Shown: in pieces, positions 1-11,638 of the stretch
Layout: each line of letters begins with the position of its first letter
How positions within the stretch are numbered: the first letter of the stretch is position 1
Source: Amphiscolops sp. MND2022
Taxonomy: Eukaryota
Assembly: GCA_964187785.1 (NCBI GenBank)
Contig: OZ076415.1
Location: forward strand, 24,056,001 to 24,120,000
DNA length: 64,000 nt
Direction: 5' to 3'
Made by a program: the position numbers and the translations under genes
The notes under the pieces: model-generated
The model's database searches: none
Told to the model about the DNA's origin: nothing
Seen by the model: the letters and a program-made list of their open reading frames with translations, nothing else

Positions 1-296
1 GATTTTGACACGGCCGTCTATTCTGTCTATGCCATCTATGGTCATCATGTTGACCTCTAACTGGTTGAAAGGGTTGTTACCACTTCCGCTTCTAGCACCC
101 CCACTTGACCCCTTTCTGACCCCTCTGACACCTGATTGCGCACTTCTAGGGCCCCGAGACTCGTCAACTTTTTTCTCGTCTATCCGCAAGTCAAGAATGT
201 AACACGATGGAGGTACAGTGGTTGGTCGCTGGGTTGACCTTTGACCTAATACGGGTGATGACTGGGGGTCTTCTGTTTTCAGATATGAAGGGTCAG
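1..296 (-). CDS. Next coding exon of the same gene (ADPSYLKTEDPQSSPVLG...GVRGVRKGSSGGARSGSGNNPFNQLEVNMM...), open to the window edge
   Basis: Acceptor TTTCATTTCAG at 297-307, an uninterrupted frame to position 1, and phase compatible with exon 733-646. No domain recognised. Confidence 0.65.
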
Positions 297-645
297 CTGA
301 AATGAAAGGTCAAGGCTAACATCAACATTCTAGTGTTGAAAATACCCTAGTGTTGAAGTGGTCCTTTTGGATTTTTCGACCCTTGCAATGGAGTTCAACC
401 TTATCACGACCGGTCAATTACACGCCGGAGCTTTGGCTATTTTGTTTTTCTTTAGTTCCCTGTCAGTTTGAGTTATTTTTGATGAATGATGTGATATAAA
501 ATTAAAATTATTACTGCAAAAACACAGAAAAATGTGAAACGCAACATTTTTCTAGCAAAGTGTGTTCTGCTATGTTGTCAAATTCCTAAAACTAGTATTC
601 CGGAAAACAGTATGGGAAAACAACCACCTTTCCTGAAAAACTTAC

Positions 646-733
646 CCGGAAAATCCGGCTCCAAATCAGTCCTGATGGCATCTATCTCTTGTAGGGAATA
701 AAAAGTATCCTCCATGCTCGAACAGTGGTCCAT
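646..733 (-). CDS. Coding exon of an unidentified minus-strand gene (MDHCSSMEDTFYSLQEIDAIRTDLEPDFP); start codon tentative
   Basis: 88 nt (29 codons + 1) ending at donor CCGG|GTAAGT; the phase-1 junction joins in frame to exon 296-1 (G|CT = Ala). There is an in-frame TGA just upstream of the ATG at 733. An acceptor TTTACAG lies near 916. Confidence 0.6.
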
Positions 734-2836
734 GACTCATCAAGCCCAGTTAGAAGGAACCAATCAGATTTCTTCACTCGTAAGGCCCGGTCCTCTAGTC
801 CCGAAACGGATATGTCGGAGTTGGTGTCTGAGTTTTCCGTAGTTTCTCTCCTTCAAAATAAGTTGAGTTATAATCAAAAGGTGTCTTTGCTACAAAAGAT
901 CAAGATTCATCAAACTGTAAATGTCAACTAATTAAAATGCATGACGACATATTTCGACACAGGGAGTTTGCTCATGTTATAGCTTTTTGCGTAGTCCACT
1001 TGTTCTACTAATTTTGTAAAAATGCTCATTTGTTCACATCTAACCAATTTCAGGTGAAAACTTGTTTATCAACTTCAACTGGTGAACGTTCGAACAACAA
1101 TTTGCTCTTTCAAGGCTACAAGTTTTGGCTGATTTTCAAAATTTGAATCAAATTTACAACAACAGAGTTGAGTTTCTCATAAGTCATATGACGTCATGGT
1201 TTGTTGTATCCTAGAAATAAATTGAAAGACGGTAAGTTTAGAGTAAACCGAATCGAAAAATCATGTCAGCAAATTTTGAAAACAGAAAAAAAACTATATT
1301 GAAGATCAAAATAATAAATATCAATGGTAATAATCAGAGCAGCAGTTTTCGGAAAGTTTTCAAAGAGTTAGTCTTTTTTTTAATTTTGAAAAAAAAATGT
1401 CTTAGATATAATATACATTTGTAAAAATGAACGTACCTACAAACAATGATTCAAGTAGGAACTTTAATTTCAAGACGAAAAGTTAACACCTATGACGCAT
1501 AAATGGCGCCTTGTCTTAGCCAAGATGAATGAAAACTCCCAAAAAAGTGAACTAACACGGTGAGGCGTAACCCGGGATCTTTTCATCTTGTAAAAATCAC
1601 ACAGGTTCAAACTACAAGCGAGGGGTGAATATACATTTATATAAAACTACAAGCCATTAATGTTGGTGGTAGAAGGCGGACTTGCCGCAGGAAAGGGGAA
1701 CAGAAAAAGGAAATTGGAAATTTTATCTACCCCCTTTGGGTGCAAATAGCAAAATAGTCGCAATCACAACTATTGCGACCAATGATTTTTGTGATTGTAA
1801 CTCTGCAGTGTAGTTGCAATGCGGGTAATTTATGAGGGTAACAAAAGTTATTATAAGCATCCTATAACCAACTCTGTATACGAACACTTATATTATACAC
1901 ACTGAATAGAGTACTGTAGGTATATACATGTATGTTGAAAGTATACGAAATATATTTTGCATAAATTCGTACCTAAGGGGTTAGCTGATAAGTGTTCCAG
2001 TTTTCTGAGCAAATTTTCACCGTAGGGAGAAAAAATGAAGTGAGGTATGTATGTAAGTTAGCTGCTTACTCCTTTTTAGGGCATTGACTCCATGCTCCTG
2101 CGTATCCAGTCGCTCACTTCTGCGCCTTTGAAATTAGTTGCCAATTTTTCCAGCCAGAAGTATGAATGGTTTCTTTATCCGGTCAATATAACCCCTTATT
2201 TTGTGGAAAGATATCGACCGAATATAAAATTCAGATAAGATACAAGAGATAAAGCTATGTGGAATAAATTGAAAAATTATCAACCAATATAATCCAAAAT
2301 TTCAATTTTCGTGGCAGGGAAAGATGGAAATAGATACGGGTTTAGTTTTCTTGGGTGGAAAAGAGTCAAAGAATAAATGGAAAAGATAGCGCAATTTTGG
2401 GGAAAATATTTCGCCAAGTTTATGAAATCATGAATTGTCATGGACATTCCCGCCAATGAAGGGGGGTTATGAATTGCCGTTTTTGTGTGTCATTCAACAA
2501 AGGACGGTGCAATTTAATTAAAATAATCGCCTTTTTTCACGAAAGGAAGAGAAACAAAATTGGACTCAGCTGATAAAAATTTGAGCCGTAATCACAAGTG
2601 CAGTGCCTTCGACCGAGACAGGTAATTATAGTTAGTACTAGTAATAATAAAAATGGATGGATGAAGGGATATTAAAAATTAGTAATTTGCTGGCCGATTC
2701 TAAATTACTTTTATTCAGTCTCTCGGGTAAGCTTATGACAGGGAGAAAGCCGGTCAAAAATTCAAGAAAGATTACAAAGACGGATGATGGTCAATACGAG
2801 CGAGCAGAGGCGAATGAGGAAGAAATAGCAAAGAAA

Positions 2837-2844
<8 letters not shown>

Positions 2845-2872
<28 letters not shown>
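2845..2872. repeat. (AG)n microsatellite after an A-run
   Basis: Directly visible. Confidence 0.95.
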
Positions 2873-2877
<5 letters not shown>

Positions 2878-4189
2878 CAAGATGAGATGAGTTGAATTAT
2901 AAATTGGATTCCGTTCTTCTTTTGTGACGATGGATGGTGCTTCTTGCTCTATTTCTGACGTAATAACTTAGATACCAGTTGCTAGTAGCTTCTACAGTTA
3001 CGCAGATAGAAGATTGGATGTTATTTTTTCAATTGAAAGCTTGAGAGCCAATCGGCGACGTCGTCTGTCCAATATACCCAGTGGGGAGGGGGTCTGAATA
3101 AATTTGCAGAAAGATGGATGGATATAAAAAGAAAACATCAATATACTGAACTGGAAATGCAGTTACGAAGAGTATACTTTTTATGTACACCTGTAGGATA
3201 AGACTTGTGGAATACAAGCAAGACCGGTGCGTATAATATAAATAATTTTATAATATTGTAGCAATTTTGTCCGAGTGCAAAAACAAAAAGGTTGAATTAA
3301 AAATTCATCACTTCAGAAAAGACGAAATATTTTCTCACTCAGTGCTGAAGAATTCTGGCAGCATAAACTATATAAGACTCTGGTTGCATTCATCATATAC
3401 GCCTGTAATTATACACGTCTAACTGTGACGTACCTTTTCCAGTATTTTTTATTTCTTGGCTACTTTCCCGGTTGGGGATTTTAAAATGTGAACAACAAAC
3501 TATCACAGTTCTTAGGTGATGAAAAAAGCTGACAAATGGTGGCGACGGAACGACTGAAGGAATAACAAGTGAACGAGTTGTTGGACAACAAGTCGGCAGA
3601 TACCTGTTCACACATTTAGAATTTTGTTCACAGTTGTTGTGTTCAGTTCTGCAGCCGCCAAAATCGAAACGCGCCAGTTTGCAGATGAAGAAAAGTGAAT
3701 GATGATGAACAAAATATGAACAACAAGCTGAAGACGAATTATGATTGGCTCGTTGTCTTGGCAACGAAACGGAACCGCGCTGAACAAAATAAGGAGAAAA
3801 GAGCCAGGTGGAATTTGCAAGGAACGATGGTGGAAACTGTGGATAAAAGCGCAACAAGCTTCACTTCATGCTGTTGATCCAAAGCTGAAGGTAGAGCTCC
3901 TATGTTATAATAATTGCACGAGCGTTCTTCCCAATTTTATGTGCAAATTAATAGGTGCCACTTTTGTTGCATAAATGTTCAGTTTTTTCTTCGCAAGTGA
4001 AATTTTGTCAAGAAAAATTGTGAAAGCAACTAGCGCTAAACTCATGTCCATGATCTATCAATAAAATGATATCAAAGCCCGCAACCCTTTGGAAAAGTCA
4101 ATAACCTGCCCAGTAAATGCATGTTTTTTGTCATTCAGCTTTTGCATACCGTGTACGTGAAGTGTCCATTCGTAACTTACATAGCTAAC

Positions 4190-4428
4190 ACAATGGATGT
4201 CATAAAATCCCAGAGGGTCCCCCCTTTTACATTTTTCGGCACTGTGACACTGTTCAAAAATCTCATTTTTATTTTTTTTCGGATATTTTTAAAAATCTCT
4301 CAAGGGTGCCCCTTTAATTTTTTTTTCATATTTTGCAACCAACTGGAGTTTCACAAAGCCCAAAGGATGCCCCCTTTACAATGTTGAGCCTTAGATATAG
4401 CGCCGAATTTGGCCGTACCCGGCTTATT
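4190..4428 (-). mobile_element. Copy of the ACAAG-headed modular interspersed repeat (HINE/Helentron-like, tentative)
   Basis: Reverse complement of the head A(C/T)AAGCCGGG..CGGCC..A.TCGGCGC...AAGGCTCAA at 4385-4428, plus the body motif CACAGTGCCGAAAAATGTAAAAGGGGGGACCC at ~4200-4240. Confidence 0.55.
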
Positions 4429-4477
4429 TAATTTTTGCTTTATTGGGTTATTTTTGCCATGAATATACCACTAAGGT

Positions 4478-4674
4478 TGTTGAAGCTCGAGACTTTACTA
4501 GACTTGTCGAATGAAAACAATTTATCGATTGATGCAACTGTATTTCATAGTATAACCATATGGCAATGGATTCTTCCTTTCGACTTCTTTTCTATGATTG
4601 TGTTAGTAACAACCTGCCATTTTGACATTCGAATTCAGTGAGGTTATGCAAGTGACGGATTGCGCTCTGTCACA
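4478..4674 (-). repeat. 3' LTR of element A
   Basis: Matches 9695-9892; adjacent to the PPT. Confidence 0.9.
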
Positions 4675-4917
4675 TCCCCCACATTAAAGAAAAGAACTAT
4701 CTGGTCTCTATAAATTTACACAATCGATTTTACAACAGTTTCCTTTTATATTGTAGGTATTAATCTCAAGTTAAGTGAACGTATATAAGATTACTAATAA
4801 CACAAATTCGGGTTCTGTTATATGACCTTGAAGTTTTGGAGTTTGTTTGTTTTTGGGTTTAGAACTCATGTGATTGTTCTCTCCTCTTTTCGTTACTGTT
4901 TTTGATTTGTGATATCA

Positions 4918-7900
4918 TCACATTCTGGACAAGGAAATTTGGCTTGCCTCTTTGTCGTTGTCCTCGTTTTGTTGTGGGTGCTTGGTTTCGTTCCCTTTCG
5001 GGGTTTTTCTCCTCGGTTGATCTGCTTCTTGTTCCCCTTCGAGGTTTTTCCCCTTCTGTTCTATTTCTGTCTTTTCGCTTCGGTTTGGCTCTATTTCCTC
5101 TTCTTCTTCTTTTTCATCTTCTTCTTCTGATTCTATTGTTCCGAGTTGCTTGTTATCCCTCTCCACTTTATCCTGTTCTCGTTTTTTTGACTTGTTGTTT
5201 TTGGTTCGCTGTTCTTTCATCTTCTGTTTTAGGTTTCTTATTGCCGATTGTGGTCTTTCTGCATCTTTTGTTTTTCCCGCCAATTTAGTTGGTTCTGTTT
5301 TTGCTTCGTTCTGATTGGCTGTACGATTTGCCAGCTGGCTCGATTGTGGCAACTCGCCCTCATTGGTTGTTTCGCTCGTCTTTGTTCTCTCGCTTTCAGT
5401 CAGTGGTAATTTTCTCCTCCATTTGGAACAGCACGGTCGGTTGTTCGCTATGCCCGATGTCTCTTTTGGAGATGAGTGTTTTCGTTGTTCTTCCTGCAGG
5501 CAAGAAGGTAATCGTATGGTTGCTTTGCTTTAGCAATACTCCCTTTCTTTTCTGGTAGTTCCCCTCCAGCTTCGATCCACGAGATCTTTCTCTTACGAGA
5601 ATTGTTGAATCCTGCCTTGATTCAAAGTCGTCGTCGGTGAGAGGAAACTCAGGTTTTTCTGAAATGCACTTTGGTTTGTTAGTTATAATTCTTTTTATTG
5701 TATTCAGTTCTCGGCCCGTGTTTTGCTCGTATGGTGATTTATTCTTTGCCGATGGATTCATTCTTAATGCGAAACGAATTTCTGATTGTCGGGAAATATC
5801 TTTTCGGACTTTTATTTCCGTATTCGCACGTAATCGTTCGTTTATTGTACGAATTAGTCTTTCTATTTTTCCAATACCCTTATAGTCTCTTATGGGACAT
5901 TCTACATTCTTAATGTACCTCTTCTTGCAGAATTCCTTAAAGCGCTTGCTTCTAAAAATAATGGCTGAGTCCGTCCATATTGTTTGCGGAATTCCATGTC
6001 TTTCGATACATTCTTTTGAAAAAGCTAATACCTTATCTGTATCTGGCTTCCATAGGAACTTTGCCTCCGGCCATCCTCTAAAGTGGTCGATGGATACTAT
6101 CAGATACTTATTAGCCTTATTTGGGTTCTGAAATGGTCCTGCAAAATCTATTACAATTGTTTGGATCTTTTTGACACATTTTGGCAACTTTCCTATTTGA
6201 TTTTTTCTTAGGAGTGGTTTTATGTTCTTACCGGCTACTTGGAATTGCTGACTTGCTTTTGCTATCCCTACCTCTCTATGAAGGCGCGGCCACCACACAT
6301 TTGACAGTGTGGCAAGCATACTGTCACGTCCTGTGTGTCCAAAATGCAAGCTTCTCTTAATGATGGGGCGTAAGAAATTTGGGATGACCAATCTCTCGTC
6401 CATGTACAGGTAATTGTTTGAATCTAAACTTTAGCATCTCAACTTTCCTCTCCATGGTGCGGGTAACCGGTTGATTTTAGTTGAATCAGGCTTTTTTAGT
6501 AGTCCAATTATTTTTCGTAGGAACTCGTCTGATTCGAAATGTGCAGCGAAAGTAAAAATCACTAATGTCTGCAGATGTTCAACCTCATTGACCGAATAAA
6601 ATATCGGTGTTTTGAGCGGTGGCTTGTTCACAAATTCAATTGTGCTGGCGTTGCCAGAGTCACTATCTGAGAAACTTTCCATTTCACTGCTGCTAGCTGT
6701 TAATTCAGAAGTGGCAAATATTTTCTTTATGGTTTGATTGTTTGTTTGTTTGTTCATGCGAGTTCAGATTTGCCACTTGCGTCGCGTCAGCTAGCTCGCT
6801 TGTTTCTGTCAACTCGTTTCTGATTGGTTAGCTCGCGGTATTGCGTCCGTTCTTCTCATCTAAAACAGGCTTATTATGGTTAATTTCATTTACAGCAATC
6901 CAGTTGTTCCATAGTTCCTCGGCTTTTAGATGATTTTCTCTCTTGCTATCTAAAGAGTGCCTTGACAAATAGTCGGCCATTCCTAATGTTCGCCCGGGGC
7001 CGTTCGTTTTTGTAAATTGAAACGGTAGTAACCTGTCTACCCACCTGGTAAGCTTACTTGAAAAAGTTTGTTCGCTCTATTTCCCTTCAAAATGGACGTT
7101 AAGGCCTTATGAAACTACTTCAAACTCTGTACCGGATAAGTAGTTTCTAATATTTTCTATGGTCCACAGGACTGCCAGTAGTTCTAGTTCAATAATAAAT
7201 TTTTTTTTCATTGGTTGGTAAAAATCCCGACGCGAATGGGACTCGTCTCCCACCTTCATCTGTCTTCTGCTGGAGTACTGCTCCCAATCTTTCACGGCTT
7301 GCATCACACACAATTCTCATTGGTTGGGTTTTCTTGAAGTGTTTTTATCTCAGTTATTTGTTGTATTGACATCTTTATCCTTGGAACGCTTCTTCGTTTT
7401 CTGCCGTCCATTCCGACGTCTTTTCGTTACTTAGTAGTTGGCCTAATGGTGCACAAAGCTGCACCAGATTTGGAATAAATCTGTTTAGCTGATTTATAGC
7501 TCGCATGAATGACTGCAGTTCCTTCAGGTTCGTCGGCTTCAGTTTGTTGGTGATTGCTTGAATTTTTCTTCAATTAGTAGTGTGCTGTTTTCTGACAATT
7601 TGAAACCTAGCCATTCAGTACTTGTTTGTGCGAGTTGGCATTTCTCTATTTTCATGCGAATCCCTGCTTCGTCTAATGTTCTGAGTATGTTCTGTGATGT
7701 TCTTCATTACCTTTCGTCACTATATTAGAATGTCATCAATAAAGGCGAAGGTGTTTGAATGTTGTGCAATATTTTATCCATAATGTTTTGGAATTCTGGT
7801 GGCATTATCGCTATCCCCTATAATCCAGTTTTGAATGCGTACGTTCTGGTTGCTCTTCCTCCGATTACTTAAAAATTGCAGTGTCTAGCTGTTTTCGGGT

Positions 7901-9690
7901 GTAGCTCTATTTGCCCATATGCGTATAGCATATCCAATGACGTAAATCTGACTGTCCCGTCATCCTTACTGTTGATTATTTCTGCGACTTCCTCCATCAG
8001 ATTCTCCAAGTTTGGCTTCTGGTACATTTACTTCTGGATGGCATTGTTGAGCGACCTGGCATCTAATGCGATTTAGACAAACTTGTCTCGTTTGACAGTG
8101 ATTACCACTGGCTGTATGGAAACTTCGTCGTTGTTTCTTTCCACGCGTCGAATGTACCCATCTGCTAACTATTTATCTATTTCTTGCTCAACAGCCTCTT
8201 GGAGTTGTAGTGGTACTCGTCCCCTTTTTCTGTTGAGTGATTTTTGCGTTTTCCCTAAAGGCTATTTTTATCGTGTGTCCCTTTATTTTTCCTTTTCTGG
8301 TGAACAATTGTTTGAATTTATTTTTCAAAGTTTTGCTCTCTGATGTTTTTATATGGCCGACAACGTTATTATACTCACTATTACTGTTTGCTTCGCCCAA
8401 GTGATAGTTTAGTTGTTCCAACCAGTCTCTCCCGAATAATGATCTTTTCCCATCTCGCGTTATGACGATTGTTGCGTTCTTGATTTTACGTTTGCCCACT
8501 TGTACTTCCACATTGATAAATCCAACAAGATTTAGTGGTTGACTATTGTAATCCACGTATCTTTCATTCTTTGGTAATGGTCAGGCGAATATCACGTCTC
8601 TCCTTAGAAGTTTCCTCAGACTTGCTTGGTTGAAGATTGAGATTGGTGAGCCCGAATCAATCATGGTTGTGAAAGGCTGTTTGTTAAAATTTCCTTTCAT
8701 TACAAACAGTGGGTGTCCTCGTTTACCTTCTGTAAACTGAAGAACTCCATTATCTCCTTGCGTCTCACTGCTTGAATCTGATTGGTCGTCATCTCGGCCA
8801 ATTAGGTTCACTCTTCTCATTCCGGCTTGATGATTATTTCTGCCGCGACCTCTGAAGTTGCCAGGTTTCGGTTTTTTACACATTCTGGTGAAATGGCCAA
8901 TTAACGCACAGTTTCTACAACGTTCGTTTTTTGCCTTGCTTTCTGCTAAATGCCCATTGTTAAGCTCCAAGCCACATCTTTTGCACGGGTTCTTTCTCTC
9001 GTTTACCGCAAAGACTGGTTCTTGTTTAATTTCCTTAATGATGTTTCTTTCTTCGTATGTCTTATGTCGGTTTACCCTTCTTCGTAAGCCCCTGCAAACC
9101 GAAAAGCATCTTGTGGGTCGTTCTTTGGTTCTGTGCAGAGTCGTTCTTGCACAGTGTTTTTGTTCATATTTTGCATGAACGTGTTCATCACTAAACTCAC
9201 TAAACTCTCCGTTTGGTCACCAAACTGACATTTTGCAGCTAATCCTGTTAGCGTATGCCAAAAATTTCTCAGCGTTTTTTTCTTTTTGTTTTCTCGAAAA
9301 GAACTTGAATCTTTCCAATGTTCTGTTTCTCGGCTTGCTAAATGCTTCGTCGAATTGGTTCGCAATTTTTTTAGTGTCACCGTTGCGACTCTCATCTCTT
9401 GAAATTTGTCCGTTACACACTTTCTTCCAGCTGTTCCCAACGATAGGAAAAGGACACTGATTACTTTCCTCTCTGCTGTCTGCTCATTGAGGTTAATTAT
9501 TAGGGCCAAGATCCTTGGTGCTTGTTCTGTGGCTATCCTCAATAACGCGTTGACTGACAATGAGTATTTGGCATTGACCGCCACTGTGAAGAGGTCCCAC
9601 CAATCCTCCCAATCTGTTCCGATGCACATGCACACCGCCGATGCACTTCCTGACTTCGCCACTTCTCCACAGTTTGCTGATTCTCGCAGC
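4918..9690 (-). pseudogene. Frameshifted gag-pol of element A
   Basis: ORF fragments 9072-9869, 8581-8970, 8188-8556, 7107-7313, 6431-6757, 5396-6403 and 4918-5352 are collinear with the better-preserved element B proteins. Confidence 0.88.
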
Positions 9691-9694
9691 GCCA

Positions 9695-9892
9695 TGTTGT
9701 AGATCGAGATTTTACTAGACTTGTCGGATGAAAACATTTTATAGATTGATGCCACTGTATTGCATAGTAAGACCATATGGCAATTGATTCTTTCTTTTGA
9801 CTTCTTTTCTTGTGATTGTGTTAGTACCAACCTGCCATTTTGATGTTCGAATTTCGTGAGGTTATGCATGTGACGGCTTGCGCTCTGTCACA
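9695..9892 (-). repeat. 5' LTR of element A
   Basis: Matches 4478-4674; followed by the PBS on the minus strand. Confidence 0.9.
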
Positions 9893-10258
9893 AAAGTAGT
9901 AATGAAGGACTTGCTCAATGCCCAGGATTTGAAGATTGAGATTCAAACTTGTCAGTGCCCCATTACCAGTCGAATGCTCTGCACTAACTACTACATCATG
10001 TTTACCCTCCAAACTTTTGTTGGTGAACACAGTTAGGAGCGGAAGATATCCCTCTGCTTAGCGGGCGTCTATTTCAGAGAACTCTCTTGTTAGAAAATAC
10101 GTAGGATGTAAAGTCGATCAGACAATTAATTTTGAAGTCAAGAAGTTACAATTCAGCTCAGCTGGCTAAAAAAGGCATAGGAGATATCCTTCACAGGGCT
10201 GACCTGCCATATTGTTGATGAATTTTTCAATATATGGAAACTAGTTGCAATAAATGAA

Positions 10259-10500
10259 ACAAGCCGGAATCGGCCAAAATCGGCGCCACGCTTAAGGCTC
10301 AAAAATGCAGTTTTTTATTCTTGAACAACGTATAATTTCACCTTCTCCTTTCACTTTATAGGAAAACACTGTTTGTTTGTTACAAAAACGTTCCACTATT
10401 AACCGTTTTCTGTGGTATAGGCTGAAGGTGGAACTTGGGATGACGCGATGTCGACCTTCGGTATCGAAACGAATAAATTGAAACACTTTGAATACGCGAA
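10259..10500 (+). mobile_element. ACAAG-headed repeat copy (truncated)
   Basis: ACAAGCCGGAATCGGCCAAAATCGGCGCCACGCTTAAGGCTCAAAAAT at 10259; right boundary approximate. Confidence 0.55.
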
Positions 10501-11276
10501 TATATTAAAAACTTTGAACACATCGAGATTTTTTATAACCTACTAGATTTTTTCAACTACTTTTCAGATTGACATTAAATTTGTATTACAACAACTATAC
10601 GCCTTTTCTTTTACACATTTCCCCATTCGCAATCAATCAAACATAAATCAAAAGTCGATGCAAAAAAACTCAAGGTGAGACGTGAAGTTTCCCGGACCTC
10701 ACTAAAAATAGCAAAAAAAAGAATATTGTTTCGAATTCCAATCAAAAACAGGAAACTGTTAAAACAGTAGTCTGAGGAAATTGCACAATTTCGAATTTCA
10801 TAATTTTGGAATCCAAATATTAGCTGCGCAGTTACTAGTACCTACACTTTAGTCTCTGCGTGTACATTGGTTCGAATCTCTCGCTAAATTAAAATTTGTA
10901 TGCTTGCAGATGAAAGATCGAAGTGCCATTTACTTTCTGAAAAAATCGTCCCATTTTGCTTTTTTCGGCCCTGTGTGACTTTTTTTACTATTTTTTTCAA
11001 GAGCTGCTTCAGTTTCTTAAATGATTTTTTGCTCTTTTAGCCTAAAGGCCACATTTTTTGGTAATTTCGGCCCTGTGCGATTTTTTGGGCAAATTTTCCC
11101 GGGGAAAAGCACAAATTCGAGTCAAGAATAGTTTTTTTCTACCTAAAAGCCCTGCCTGGAAATGTTCTGATGTAAGAGTATAAGTAAACAAGCCGGGAAC
11201 GGCCCAAGTCGGCGCCATATCTGAGGCTCAAAAATAGCAAAAGGACTTCAAAGTGTCAAGTATTCTCTTCTACAGT

Positions 11277-11460
11277 TGTTAAAGGGTATAATTGCGAAGC
11301 AAGAAGAAGTGGAGAGTTATGAATGAATTTCCTACTAAACTCCAAGGCAACAGCAAATGATTGATCGTAATTTATCTGGCTCTAGCATTTTGGCAGGTGT
11401 TTGTAAATAGTAGTATTTCAGTTCATTGTTATTCTAACTGCTCTTTTCACATCTACTACA
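11277..11460 (-). repeat. 3' LTR of element B
   Basis: TGTT...TACA; matches 16384-16572. Confidence 0.95.
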
Positions 11461-11638
11461 CTCCCCGTTTTAATATAACACCTGGGGTTGTGCCTGGTTA
11501 TTTGACTTCAGTAGCATTAGTAGAATAACATACTACGATATGTTTTTGTCTCAACAAACGACTAAAATGTTCAGGTTAATGTTATTTATTTCAGATTACA
11601 TCACTTCTCAATGTTTTTTTTTCAGATGACTTATGTTT

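Larger units (their letters stand above)
4478..9892 (-). mobile_element. Full-length degenerate Ty3/gypsy LTR retrotransposon (Mag-like), element A
   Basis: TG...CA LTRs at 4478-4674 and 9695-9892 (~20 differences by eye); TSD AAGGT/AAAGT; PBS TGGCGCTGCGAG (9683-9694); PPT GGGGGA (4675-4680). Fragments in gag (CCHC CRNCALIGHFTRMC), protease (IDSGSPISIF), RT, RNaseH (ELELLAVLW), integrase (IDFAGP...TDS...IERLIRTINE) order. Confidence 0.93.

Noticed and set aside
3020-3093. Minus-strand peptide PPPHWVYWTDDVADWLSSFQLKK after a good acceptor, reminiscent of a SAM-domain start
   Set aside because: It stops after 23 codons and no frame continues with the SAM pattern. It may be UTR.
3393-3974. Cluster of overlapping ORFs on both strands
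   Set aside because: No homology recognised and no consistent splice structure.
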